Shown: positions 20,126 to 29,807, counted from the stretch's first letter. The stretch is 64,000 bases of DNA from Candidatus Anstonellales archaeon (GCA_038869735.1 JAWCQO010000001.1:8684-72683), one strand, 5' to 3'. Notes: a model not told the origin generated them from the letters alone. Numbers and translations are program-made.

Positions 20126-20736
20126 CTATAAGAATTGCTGTCCTTGCATCTGGCAGAGGAAGCGACTTTCAGTCAATAATAGACGGTATTGAAAAAGGAG
20201 AAGTAGACGCAAGAATAGAGATAATGATTACCGATAATCCAAATGCAGGAGCGATAGAGAGGGCAAAAAAGCATGGTATTCCTTATAGAATAATTGAAAG
20301 AAAAAGTTACTCCTCAAGAGAGGAACATGACTTAGAAATTATGAGAGAATTAGATAAACATAATTTAGACCTTGTTGTGTTGGCAGGATATATGCGCATT
20401 ATAAAGGCAAGAGAATTTTTGGAAAAATATAAATGGCGGATAATAAATATACACCCCTCTCTTCTCCCTAAATATGCGGGGGCTCATGCTCAAAGAGATG
20501 CTTTTGAGGCAGGTGAGAAAGTCTCTGGCTACACTATCCATTTTGTAGACGAAAACCTCGACGGTGGACCAATCATTTATCAGGAGGAAGTGGACATTTC
20601 CGATTGCAAAACTGCAGATGAGGTTGCATCAAAAATTCTTCAAAGAGAGCATATTGGTCTGCCGAAGATTGTGGATTCGTTTGCGAAGGGGAGATATGAA
20701 GTTGTTGGAGGAAAAGTAATTTACAAAAAAGATTAA
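20122..20736 (+). CDS. purN: Phosphoribosylglycinamide formyltransferase
   Basis: LASGRGSD, LAGYMRI, NIHPSLLP, HFVDENLDGGPII. Confidence 0.95.
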   Translation: MTIRIAVLASGRGSDFQSIIDGIEKGEVDARIEIMITDNPNAGAIERAKKHGIPYRIIERKSYSSREEHDLEIMRELDKHNLDLVVLAGYMRIIKAREFLEKYKWRIINIHPSLLPKYAGAHAQRDAFEAGEKVSGYTIHFVDENLDGGPIIYQEEVDISDCKTADEVASKILQREHIGLPKIVDSFAKGRYEVVGGKVIYKKD

Positions 20737-20993
20737 GTGATTATTTTTAGCTTTGTACCTATTGCCTGGCCCGGCAAGCCGCGCTTGAACCTTGCAATAA
20801 CCGAACCCTTGTTCCCATGGGCCTTTGAGATTTTGCCTAATATCTCTTTTCCACTTGGGGTTTTCCACAATACTTTTTTACCTAAAAGAGAATGCGCCGT
20901 ATCTCTATTTGTTATGCCATCTATTTTGAGTATGTATTGGTTGGTGTATTCTGTCCTTCTTCCTCTACGATAATTTACAATTACTCCTTCCAT
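20733..20993 (-). CDS. rpl35ae: 50S ribosomal protein L35Ae
   Basis: NYRRG, HGNKGSVIARF, LPGQAIG. Confidence 0.93.
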   Translation of the reverse strand: MEGVIVNYRRGRRTEYTNQYILKIDGITNRDTAHSLLGKKVLWKTPSGKEILGKISKAHGNKGSVIARFKRGLPGQAIGTKLKIIT

Positions 20994-21059
20994 GAGATAA
21001 ACACCCTTGAGAAAGAGTATTATTTAATAAGAAGCTTTTATAAAACCTCCAGCCAAGTG

Positions 21060-22133
21060 ATGCAAGAGATGACAAAAACAAGTGAGGGTTTAGGTAAGAA
21101 GATAAAAGATACGGCCAATGCTTTGCTCGAAGCTTCTCGAAGCGGAGCGTTTGCGCTGATACGATATCACAATGATGCTGATGGTATATGTGCTGCTCTG
21201 AGTATAGGAAAGATTTTTTTTAACCCACCCCCCCTTTTTATTCCATCACATTCTGCAACTTATTCCTTGGAGGAAGCTGAGGATGATGCAGAGATTCTAC
21301 TTAAAAAAGAAAAACCGCTGTGCATACTTCTAGATTTTGGCGTAAATGATGAGAGTGTTCGGGCTATTGGAAGATTAAAGGATGAGGGGATAGAGGTACT
21401 AATTATAGACCATCATCCTATTTCAAATAGACTACAGCATGTTGATTTTTTGGTTTCTCCTCTCCTTTATTCGCTTTCGTCCGATTATACGACCGGATTT
21501 TTGTGCGCACAAATCGCTAAATATGCTGGGATAAGTGATAAAAGCGTTGATATGTATGGTAGGGTCTCCATAGCAGGCGATAAAAGTGAGCTTATCAAAG
21601 TTGGTGAAAAAGAAAGGAAGGCCGCAATGATTCTTGAATTTGTTTCGTCATCTTCTGAATTTCCAAAAAATGTGCAGTATTACGAACGTGTGTTAGAGGA
21701 TAAGGAACTCTTTGATTCCTTATGGCTGTGTGCAAAAGATAAGTTTGAGAAGATATTAGAAGGGTCAAGGACGTGTACAAGAGTAGTGGAGAAGGAAAAG
21801 TGGAAGCTATATTATATAAACGTTGATAAACTTACCAAAAGAGAGCATTTTCCTTCAAAAGCAAAAGCATTGACAGTTATCTTTGATGCTATTTGCGAGG
21901 TTGAGAGTAAAAAGGCAGTTATTGTTGTTGGGTGGGGGGATGCGCTAATTGTATTTAGGGCTAATCGTGAAGCCATTGAAGCCGGATTTGATTCAATCAA
22001 AGTGATAGAGATGGTTAAAGCAGAGATTGGTAATGCCATAAGAAGCGGTGGAGGCCATAGGGCTGCTGCAAGCATCCGTACAAAGAGAGGTTTTGGACCG
22101 ATTATATTGAGAGAAATTGAAAGGATGATTTAA
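21060..22133 (+). CDS. DHH/DHHA1 phosphoesterase (RecJ-like)
   Basis: HNDADG, LDFG, IDHH, GGGHRAAAS; start adjusted to ATG 21060. Confidence 0.8.
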   Translation: MQEMTKTSEGLGKKIKDTANALLEASRSGAFALIRYHNDADGICAALSIGKIFFNPPPLFIPSHSATYSLEEAEDDAEILLKKEKPLCILLDFGVNDESVRAIGRLKDEGIEVLIIDHHPISNRLQHVDFLVSPLLYSLSSDYTTGFLCAQIAKYAGISDKSVDMYGRVSIAGDKSELIKVGEKERKAAMILEFVSSSSEFPKNVQYYERVLEDKELFDSLWLCAKDKFEKILEGSRTCTRVVEKEKWKLYYINVDKLTKREHFPSKAKALTVIFDAICEVESKKAVIVVGWGDALIVFRANREAIEAGFDSIKVIEMVKAEIGNAIRSGGGHRAAASIRTKRGFGPIILREIERMI

Positions 22134-22171
22134 AAACACAGAACAAGATAAATTTCTCAAGAAACTTATAA

Positions 22172-22358
22172 GGGGGTGTGGCGTAACCTGGCAGCGCGGC
22201 AGGCTCCAGGACCTGAGGCTTCGCTTTGAACTGGCGCCTTCGGTGCTTGTGGATGTATCTGGATGTATCTATTCGTTATGGCTTTGAAGGGAAATAGGAC
22301 AAAGCGTTCCTCTAGGCAAAGAAACCTGCATGTTAGGGTTCAAATCCCTACATCCCCA
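22172..22358 (+). tRNA. trnW: tRNA-Trp(CCA) with 114-nt intron at 37/38 (22210-22323)
   Basis: Acceptor GGGGGTG/CATCCCC, anticodon stem GCAGG/CCTGC, CCA at 22206-22208, T-arm TAGGGTTCAAATCCCTA. Confidence 0.93.
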
Positions 22359-22396
22359 CTTTGTATACATTTCGCTAAGTTGAGGTTGAAAGGAGT

Positions 22397-23113
22397 TTGG
22401 ATATGGAGGAGCAACTTTACTTAAAAGACTCGTATGCGAGTACCTGTGATTCAAAGATAGTAAGAGTTATAGATGGAAGATTTATCGAGCTTAGTGAAAA
22501 TCTTTTTTATCCCGGCGGCGGTGGACAACCTGCCGACGGAGGTAAAATTATTAGAGGAGATGAGGAATTTCAACTAATTTCAGCTAAAAAGGAGGGTGGG
22601 TGGATAAGCTACGAAGTGGAAAAAGAGGGGTTAAGAGAAGGAGATACTGTAAAGTGTATCTTGGATTGGAAGAGAAGGTATAAGCTAATGAGATTGCATA
22701 GCGCAGCCCATACACTTGCAGCTCTTCTTCACAAAGAAAGTGGCGCTCTTATAACGGGAAATCAAATCGACGAAGAAAAAGCAAGGTTCGATTTTTCGTT
22801 GGAAAGCTTCGAGAGGACAATGTTTGAAAATTGCATAAAAAAGGCAAACGAGTTGTTCTTGAAGAATATTCCAGTAAAAACGTATTATCTTCCCAGAGAA
22901 GTAGCTATGAATATGCCTGGGATAGTAAAGCTAGCGCGAGCGCTACCACCAAGTGTAGAACAACTAAGGATTGTTGAGATAGAGGGAATTGACGTGCAGG
23001 CGGATGGAGGAACGCATGTAAGGAATCTCTTAGAAGTAGGCCAAATTGAATTTTTAAAGGCTGAAAACAAAGGAAAAAGCAACAGAAGAGTTTATTTTAA
23101 GCTCAAGGAGTAG
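22397..23113 (+). CDS. alaX: AlaX-M type alanyl-tRNA editing protein
   Basis: FYPGGGGQPADGG, RYKLMRLHSAAH, DVQADGGTHV. Confidence 0.9.
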   Translation: MDMEEQLYLKDSYASTCDSKIVRVIDGRFIELSENLFYPGGGGQPADGGKIIRGDEEFQLISAKKEGGWISYEVEKEGLREGDTVKCILDWKRRYKLMRLHSAAHTLAALLHKESGALITGNQIDEEKARFDFSLESFERTMFENCIKKANELFLKNIPVKTYYLPREVAMNMPGIVKLARALPPSVEQLRIVEIEGIDVQADGGTHVRNLLEVGQIEFLKAENKGKSNRRVYFKLKE

Positions 23114-23125
23114 AACAACTTCTAT

Positions 23126-23185
23126 ATGATGAGATGCAGGTTTGCTGAAAGCTTGAGAAGCGATGAGGATAACCTGGAGCACTGA
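23126..23185 (+). ncRNA. Box C/D sRNA predicted to guide Cm34 and Cm39 of tRNA-Trp
   Basis: C ATGATGA 23126, D' CTGA 23145, C' GCGATGA 23160, D CTGA 23182; both guides are complementary to the tRNA-Trp in this window and obey the N+5 rule. Confidence 0.88.
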
Positions 23186-23385
23186 CTTAAAAACATTATT
23201 GATATCTTGGGTAGTAACCCATCTCTTTTATTCGTCTAGCTAAATGTCGTTGGATAACCCACCTGTGCCTGCCAGACATATGTCTCCCACGTTTTTATTT
23301 AGAATTATGTGGTAAAGAGAGCTAGCCTTCTAATTTTTTTAATAAAACAGATTGAAAATACAAAAAATATACATTTTACAAAAAT

Positions 23386-24777
23386 TCAATCGCTTTTTAA
23401 GGATAAAGCGTAGTTGGTAAATTTTGACAATGATGCAATGGCTGAGGAAGGAGAAGGGTAGGTAGGTATCCCATAGCTGTCTAAAATTCTGGTATGCATC
23501 TCGGTGTATTCTCCTCCTGTTGAGACAACGACGAGTGGTTTTCTGCGCATTTGTGATTTTTTTATAAGCATTCTCACTATGTCGGAGTCTATTCCAACTG
23601 TTTGAAAAAGAACAATTATGACGATTGAGTCGACTTCTGGGTCATCTAAGAGAGCATCAATTGCTAGTTCGTATCTAGCTGTATCTGCATCACCAATTAG
23701 ATCAAGTGGATTTTTAATGTTAGCATATTGTGGGAGTGAAGATCGTAGAAATTTTTTTGTTTGTGAGGAGAATTTAGCAAGAGTCAGACCATATTCCTCT
23801 ATTGCGTCTGCGGCCAATACCCCATTTCCTCCGCCGTTTGTTATTATACCTACTCTCTTTCCATTTGGTTTAGGTTGGGAAAATATTTTTGCAAACCAGA
23901 AAAGTTCATCAAGAGTGCGTGCTTCTATCATATTACATTGTGAAAAGGCGGCTTTGTAGGTCTCGTATGAGCCTGCCATCGCCCCTGTATGGGACTTTGC
24001 AGCTTCGCTGCCTAATTTTCCCTTGCCTGCCTTAAGAACTATAATTGGTTTTTGTTTGGTTATTGCTCGTGAGACTTTCATGAGGCGTTGCCCATCTCGC
24101 ACTCCTTCAATATACATGATTATTATCTCAGTTTTTTCATCTTGTGAGAGATATTCAAGCAGATCGCATTCATTTATCACTGTGGCATTGCCATAGGAAA
24201 TAAATTTAGAAATTCCAATTTCGGCGCGTGCTGAAAGGTCGACTATGCACCCACCGACTGCTCCTGACTGTGAAATGAAGGAGATATTACCTGCTCGTGG
24301 TCTACCCATTTTATAGAGAGGAAGAAAAACGCTGTCGTTTTTTCTAAGAGGATTTAGTACACCCATGCAGTTTGGACCTATTAATGAAATATTGTGCTTG
24401 TATGCTATTTGTGCTATTTTTCTTTCGTCTTTTGTATTTCCAATCTCTGAAAAGCCGCTGCTGATGACTACTGCTCCCTTTATCTTTTTTTTAGCACATT
24501 GCAAAAGAATTTTTGGAACTGTCTTTGCGGGCGTTACAATTATTGCACAGTCAACACTATATGGTATTTTTAGAATTGAAGGGTAGGATTTCTTACCCAT
24601 TATTTCCTTAACGTTTGGGTTAACCACAAATATTTGTCCACTATATCCGCCTTCAACAAAGTTTCTTAGGATAACATTTCCAATTTTTCCAGGGTCGTTG
24701 GATGCACCTATTATTGCTATTGAGGTTGGCTCAAAAATGGCCCTTAAATTTTTTATCAGAGGTTCTCTATCTTCCAT
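23386..24777 (-). CDS. acdA: Acetate-CoA ligase (ADP-forming) alpha subunit
   Basis: SIAIIGAS, IGPNCMG, SQSGA, SHTGAMAG, TNGGG, NPLDLIGDA. Confidence 0.92.
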   Translation of the reverse strand: MEDREPLIKNLRAIFEPTSIAIIGASNDPGKIGNVILRNFVEGGYSGQIFVVNPNVKEIMGKKSYPSILKIPYSVDCAIIVTPAKTVPKILLQCAKKKIKGAVVISSGFSEIGNTKDERKIAQIAYKHNISLIGPNCMGVLNPLRKNDSVFLPLYKMGRPRAGNISFISQSGAVGGCIVDLSARAEIGISKFISYGNATVINECDLLEYLSQDEKTEIIIMYIEGVRDGQRLMKVSRAITKQKPIIVLKAGKGKLGSEAAKSHTGAMAGSYETYKAAFSQCNMIEARTLDELFWFAKIFSQPKPNGKRVGIITNGGGNGVLAADAIEEYGLTLAKFSSQTKKFLRSSLPQYANIKNPLDLIGDADTARYELAIDALLDDPEVDSIVIIVLFQTVGIDSDIVRMLIKKSQMRRKPLVVVSTGGEYTEMHTRILDSYGIPTYPSPSSAIASLSKFTNYALSLKSD

Positions 24778-24783
24778 TTGAAC

Positions 24784-25392
24784 TCACCTGATTATTTTTG
24801 CATCTACTACAAAGGCGCCATCCCGGTTTGCTATTACTGGATTGAGGTCTATCTCTCGTAAATCTTTTTCTTGTAATAGGCTTGACGTTTTGAGGAGAAC
24901 ATCAACGATTGCCCTTCTGTTTACTGGTCTTCCAGTGCGAGCCCCGGCTAAAATTGGATAAGAACGTATTTGATGTATCATAGTTTTAGCTTCTTTCTCC
25001 GTTATTGGACAAACCCTGATGGATATGTCCCTTAGGTATTCAGTATAAATCCCACCAAGACCAAAAATAACGACGTGGCCAAACTGAGGGTCTCGTCTTC
25101 CTCCCACAATAAGCTCTATTCCTCTAATCATCTTCTGTACAAGAATCCCTTTTTTTGATTCTCTGGGGAATCTTCTTTTCATAAGTCGGTATGCGTAGAT
25201 AAGCTCTCCTGGACTTTCTATGCCTATCTTAACTGCTCCGACTTCCGTCTTGTGTATTATCTTGTCGGAGATTATTTTGAGAGAAACTGGATATCCAACT
25301 CTCTGTGCATGTAAAAGTGCGGTTTTCTCGTTTTTGGACAGGAAAAAGGGTGCTGTCTTGATACCGTAGGATGAAAGAAGTTCAAAAGGCAC
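24784..25392 (-). CDS. acdB: Acetate-CoA ligase (ADP-forming) beta subunit (ATP-grasp)
   Basis: GYPVSLKI, HKTEVGAV, DPQFG, GLGGIYTE, EIDLNP. Confidence 0.9.
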   Translation of the reverse strand: MPFELLSSYGIKTAPFFLSKNEKTALLHAQRVGYPVSLKIISDKIIHKTEVGAVKIGIESPGELIYAYRLMKRRFPRESKKGILVQKMIRGIELIVGGRRDPQFGHVVIFGLGGIYTEYLRDISIRVCPITEKEAKTMIHQIRSYPILAGARTGRPVNRRAIVDVLLKTSSLLQEKDLREIDLNPVIANRDGAFVVDAKIIR

Positions 25393-25394
25393 AT

Positions 25395-26120
25395 TTACGC
25401 ACCCATATTCAAAAGAAGATAAGTAATCGCAGCAATTATTACTATTAGTATAATGAAGTATAAGAGATATTTTTCTAAATAGTATTTTGTTTTTGTCATA
25501 AGTCGAGTTAGATGCTGATCTATGGTCTTGTCTTTATTTGTATCGTCTTTTATTTGCGCTGAGATTAGTTCTTTTGCATCGTCCGAACTCCCGTCATCTG
25601 AGGTGGTCTTGGATGCTTGATATGTGTGTGTTTGGGGATAGCTATCTTTTTCTTTTTTTACTTCGCCTTTTACAGTTCCTATTCTATTGAATCCTGCTTC
25701 TGTGAGGGCCAGAGTTATTTTGGCGTTTCGAATAGTGTAGTCGATATAATTGTTGTACACAAGCTTATCGAGTCGGAATGCTACATCTGAGGGTTTAACG
25801 CTAATTTCGACAGAAATCTTGTCTGGATCGGTAGTTCCGCGCCCTATTGCGGCAAGTATCGTGTCGTCTAATGAGTCTAAGTCCTCTTGGGCCTTTTCTG
25901 TTGCACGTTTTAGAAGGTGCCTTCCGCTCTCCGTTAAACTTACCTTGCTCATTCCTCCTAGTACAGTCTCAAAGTCGATGTATCCTTTTACTTTCATACT
26001 TCCAAGTAGGTTTGCGCTTTCAAAAAATGAGGTGTTTATCTTTGAGCCGAAGCGCTCCACTACAGTATCATCATCTATCCTGCGAAGGACAGCCAGATCT
26101 AGAAATGTTAGTTCATCCAC
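25395..26120 (-). CDS. Tandem winged-helix protein with C-terminal TM anchor
   Basis: Two wHTH-like units ending SLTESG and ALTEAG; C-terminal hydrophobic helix. Confidence 0.55.
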   Translation of the reverse strand: MDELTFLDLAVLRRIDDDTVVERFGSKINTSFFESANLLGSMKVKGYIDFETVLGGMSKVSLTESGRHLLKRATEKAQEDLDSLDDTILAAIGRGTTDPDKISVEISVKPSDVAFRLDKLVYNNYIDYTIRNAKITLALTEAGFNRIGTVKGEVKKEKDSYPQTHTYQASKTTSDDGSSDDAKELISAQIKDDTNKDKTIDQHLTRLMTKTKYYLEKYLLYFIILIVIIAAITYLLLNMGA

Positions 26121-26175
26121 GCTGAAGAGTTACTTACTTAAATTTTAAAAAGCATTAAGCTTCCTTAGAAGAGAT

Positions 26176-27276
26176 ATGAAAATCTGTTTATACCAAGAAG
26201 GATTAGAACAAATGAGACGAATCTCTAAATCCGGTATCATCGCAGCCTTTGAGCATATAAAGGAAGCACTTAGAATGAAGAGGATAGTATATACTACAAA
26301 TATAAAGAAAGGTGACTTCGACATTTTGCATCTAAATCTTGGGATAGGTCCGCTCTCAAAATATTATGCGGAAAAGTACAAGAAACAAGAAAAGCGAATT
26401 ATTATACACGCGCATTCTACTGCGGAAGATTTTGAAGGTAGCTTTCGGTTCTCTAAGAGGCTAAAACCACTTGTAAAAAAGATATTACCTTTCTTCTATG
26501 GGTCTGCTGATTTGATTTTGTGCCCTTCCGAATACACGAAAAAACTTCTGAGAAGATATGGAATCAAAAATGAAATAGAAGTTATTTCTAATGGCGTGAA
26601 CACAAAAAAATATAGGCAGAACGATAGAAAGAGAAAAGAGTATAGAAAACGAGAGGGGATAGCGGAGGGGACGCCGCTCGTATTCTGCGTTGGACATGTT
26701 TTTTCTAAGAAGGGTGCATTGGATTTTGCTAAAATTGCAGAAAGCATGCCTGATTTTCAGTTTAGGTGGTTTGGCACCATTTATAGTCCGTTTCTCGTAG
26801 ATTATGGAAAACTGGAGCGCTATATAAAAAATCCCCCTCCAAATCTAAAGTTTACTGGATTTTATGAGGACATAATAGAGGCCTATTCAGCAGGGGACAT
26901 ATTTCTTTTCCCGTCTTATGATGAAAATCAAGGTATTGTAATCTTGGAAGCGGCATCGTTTGGCAAACCAATAATAGTGCGGGATATCCCTGCTTATAGA
27001 GGGTGGCTTTTTCATGGAAAAAACTGTCTCAAAGCAAAAACTAACACAGAATTTTGTAAGTATATCAAAATGGTTGCAAAAGACACATCTTTGAGACGGA
27101 GACTAGTGGAGGGAGCAAAAAAACTTGCGGAAGAAAATTCATTAGATAAGGTTGGGGAAAGATTAAAAGAAATTTATCTTAGGGTCCTTTCTAAGAAAGT
27201 GATAAAACGCAACAGAAAATCGCTTATTCCAAAAACGTTGAGATTAAGGCTTGGCCGCCCTATTTTTAGGTTGTGA
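26176..27276 (+). CDS. Glycosyltransferase family 4
   Basis: ISNGV, FLFPSYDENQGIVILEAA. Confidence 0.88.
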   Translation: MKICLYQEGLEQMRRISKSGIIAAFEHIKEALRMKRIVYTTNIKKGDFDILHLNLGIGPLSKYYAEKYKKQEKRIIIHAHSTAEDFEGSFRFSKRLKPLVKKILPFFYGSADLILCPSEYTKKLLRRYGIKNEIEVISNGVNTKKYRQNDRKRKEYRKREGIAEGTPLVFCVGHVFSKKGALDFAKIAESMPDFQFRWFGTIYSPFLVDYGKLERYIKNPPPNLKFTGFYEDIIEAYSAGDIFLFPSYDENQGIVILEAASFGKPIIVRDIPAYRGWLFHGKNCLKAKTNTEFCKYIKMVAKDTSLRRRLVEGAKKLAEENSLDKVGERLKEIYLRVLSKKVIKRNRKSLIPKTLRLRLGRPIFRL

Positions 27277-27552
27277 GTAGGAAAGCATGAAAACTTTTAT
27301 TTGAATTAGATGATTATTGAGTTCTAAAGTTGTTTTTCATTTATGAACTGAATGAGAACAGCTTGCAAAAGTTCCACATGTCCAGTTCTGTCAAAGAGTC
27401 GTTATGCTTCTTTGTCAGATGCAAAAAATCCTCTAACAGCAATGGGGGAATTTGCCTATAAACGCTGCAGTTATTGGAAAGATTGGTTGGGATTATGTTT
27501 TTAGAATACAGACACAGGGTTGGGCTAAACGAATAAAGAAAGACAAGAGACG

Positions 27553-29589
27553 CTATTTTTGTCTCTTTTTAAGAGTTGATTTTTTACTTCGTAGAACTTT
27601 TTCGTTTTTTGGAGAGAGTGTGGAAAAGAAGCTTGATTGCTCCAAGGTTTGGAGCTGGGATGACTTACCTCCGTCTTCTGCAATGCTTTCTGTTTTTAGA
27701 GTGTCAGTCTTGAGTTTATCTTCTTTTGGATGGATTTGGCTAACTCTCGCTGAAAATGAATTTTGAGATTGTGGCGATAAGAAAGGCAGCGAAGGAGAAT
27801 TAGGAGATAAGATTTCTCCATGAGAGTACTTTTCACTCGTTGTATAAGAAGAGTCGGATGGCCTACCCAACTCAGCCTTTCCAATGTCTAATTTTTCATC
27901 GTAACCGTACTTTTTTATGTCAACAACTCTCAGCTTCATTGGAAGAAGATATTTTTTACCATCAAATAAGCGCACCATACAGTCTCGTTGATTGAGTCTT
28001 ACAAAAATTTCCTTTTTGGATTCTTCTATTTCTGTTTGTGAGCGGGCTTTTTTGAAATATTCTTCTACTTTTATCTCCATTATTGAGTTTATTATAGCTG
28101 CATCTTCCTTGTTAAGTTTGAATGCTATTATGTTACGAACATTGGGTAGCACGCTGTCGTGAACATCTTTTATTAGTTGGCCAAGATATTGGACAGAGAA
28201 ATACATATAAAGATTGAACTTTCGTGCTTCTGATAGGATATCACGCATTACAAGCGTCTGTACTCTGTAAAGTTCATCAACGATTAAGATAGTTTTAGTT
28301 GTTAGTTTTCCACTCATCGCCAGAATGTACATTTGGTTTATAATTGCTCCTGAGAGAAAGTTTATCATGCGTTTACCAAAGAAATTTGGATTGAAGGAGA
28401 TAACTGTAATGCGGTTCTTCTCCAACAGATCAGGGAGACTCTCCTTTTTCTTTTCACCTCCAAAATAAATCTCGTATTCTCCTACGAAATTTAAGATTGG
28501 GAGGATTGCATCCTTGAAGTGATGGAGGTATATCTCGTTAAATTCCTCCTCAAAGAAACGTTTGACTTCGTTATTTTTAGATACTGAAAGAAACTCTGCA
28601 CGTTTCTTAGAGTCAGTTAGAAGTAGACTTACATTTTTTAGATTCATTTTATCAATTGAAGAAAGGAGGTTGATTGCATAAAAAAGAACTCTTTCGGAAT
28701 ACTTATTTTCCTGTCCGATTGAAAATGATAGCAATTGTGCTATAAGCTGAGCTGTAAGGGGCGTTTTAGTGCCGACCTCAAGTGGCTCTATATAGTTGTC
28801 TATTAGATTAACTATCTTATCTTTTGGAAATAGAGGGCTAAACTCTCCATGAGGGTCTATCAAAACGATTCTTACATCGTCTTTGTATTTCTGCGATATT
28901 GCTTTGGTGAGTATAAAAAGCAGCTTACTTTTACCTGTTCCGGATGCCCCAGCTATGAGCGTATGCTGGAAGACATCAAAATTGTCCACTCCTAGCGTAA
29001 GACCCGTTTCTTCAAAAACAGGATATTGGGATGAGACAGACATCTTCTTGGGGACAGGTTCCAACACTTCTATATAGACTGAGGGGTTCTTTGCAAGATC
29101 GACTATAAGGAATTTTTCTGGAGAAGTGGATATAAATATACTTTTCTTGCTATGTTCATCTATAGCTGTTCCAGTTGCTATAAACTTTCCAAAGATTTTT
29201 AGTATTGTGAGATGGACTTCATCAATTTTTTCTTTTAGGAGAAAACTGAGGAAATCTTGGGAGCCTATCAGAACATAAATTTTTGGAACTGGAAAAAAAG
29301 AGCTCTTTTTTGAAAGTTCAATATCAAAAGGGTCAGAGAGCTTGTATGGGAAAAGCAGCATTGATATTTCATCAAGATTCTTTTTTTCATGGATGAAAAA
29401 TTGTACTGTGTTTAACTTTCTTGTTATAATGAGCGTTATTATGTTCGGGGAGAGGATATCTGAAAGGTCCAAAAATCCAAAGAGGGGGAGGCGGGACTTC
29501 ATTATTTGAGTAAAAAAATTCTTGACGTCATTCTCACTAATCTTCTCGGAGTATAGCAGAACTTCCCGTACTCTTTCTTTTTTGGCCAT
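27553..29589 (-). CDS. HerA/VirD4-like (DUF87) P-loop ATPase
   Basis: Walker A GASGTGKS, IDPHGE, Walker B ILIVDE, SEARKF..QYLGQL. Confidence 0.8.
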   Translation of the reverse strand: MAKKERVREVLLYSEKISENDVKNFFTQIMKSRLPLFGFLDLSDILSPNIITLIITRKLNTVQFFIHEKKNLDEISMLLFPYKLSDPFDIELSKKSSFFPVPKIYVLIGSQDFLSFLLKEKIDEVHLTILKIFGKFIATGTAIDEHSKKSIFISTSPEKFLIVDLAKNPSVYIEVLEPVPKKMSVSSQYPVFEETGLTLGVDNFDVFQHTLIAGASGTGKSKLLFILTKAISQKYKDDVRIVLIDPHGEFSPLFPKDKIVNLIDNYIEPLEVGTKTPLTAQLIAQLLSFSIGQENKYSERVLFYAINLLSSIDKMNLKNVSLLLTDSKKRAEFLSVSKNNEVKRFFEEEFNEIYLHHFKDAILPILNFVGEYEIYFGGEKKKESLPDLLEKNRITVISFNPNFFGKRMINFLSGAIINQMYILAMSGKLTTKTILIVDELYRVQTLVMRDILSEARKFNLYMYFSVQYLGQLIKDVHDSVLPNVRNIIAFKLNKEDAAIINSIMEIKVEEYFKKARSQTEIEESKKEIFVRLNQRDCMVRLFDGKKYLLPMKLRVVDIKKYGYDEKLDIGKAELGRPSDSSYTTSEKYSHGEILSPNSPSLPFLSPQSQNSFSARVSQIHPKEDKLKTDTLKTESIAEDGGKSSQLQTLEQSSFFSTLSPKNEKVLRSKKSTLKKRQK

Positions 29590-29649
29590 GTAATTTTATG
29601 AGCATAGAAGACTTTAAATAATTCCTTTTCAGCACACCAGCTTAAAGAG

Positions 29650-29782
29650 AGCCTCTGGCGAGGATTGCACTCGCGACCTCGTCCTTTCTGGACATATTGA
29701 TTGGATTTATTGACTTCTTGTTGGATATATCAACGTTCTTGTGCATACCAAGGACGCGCTCTAACTACTGAGCTACAGAGGC
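29650..29782 (-). tRNA. trnT: tRNA-Thr(GGT) with 60-nt intron at 37/38 (29686-29745)
   Basis: GCCTCTG/CAGAGGC acceptor, CGTCC-TTGGTA^A-GGACG, BHB helix TTGG/CCAG; T-loop TGCAATC. Confidence 0.9.
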
Positions 29783-29807
29783 ACGTATAATTTAGTTGTT
29801 TAACATC

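Noticed and set aside
23200..23295. ZTP riboswitch-like text on the minus strand (CTGGC..CAGGTGGG..CCA)
   Set aside because: Lacks the GGGGAGC and GCCTGGGC elements and has no downstream gene; hairpins present but unassignable
27352..27504. 50-aa Cys-containing ORF (MRTACKSSTCP...)
   Set aside because: No SD and no recognisable motif; could be chance
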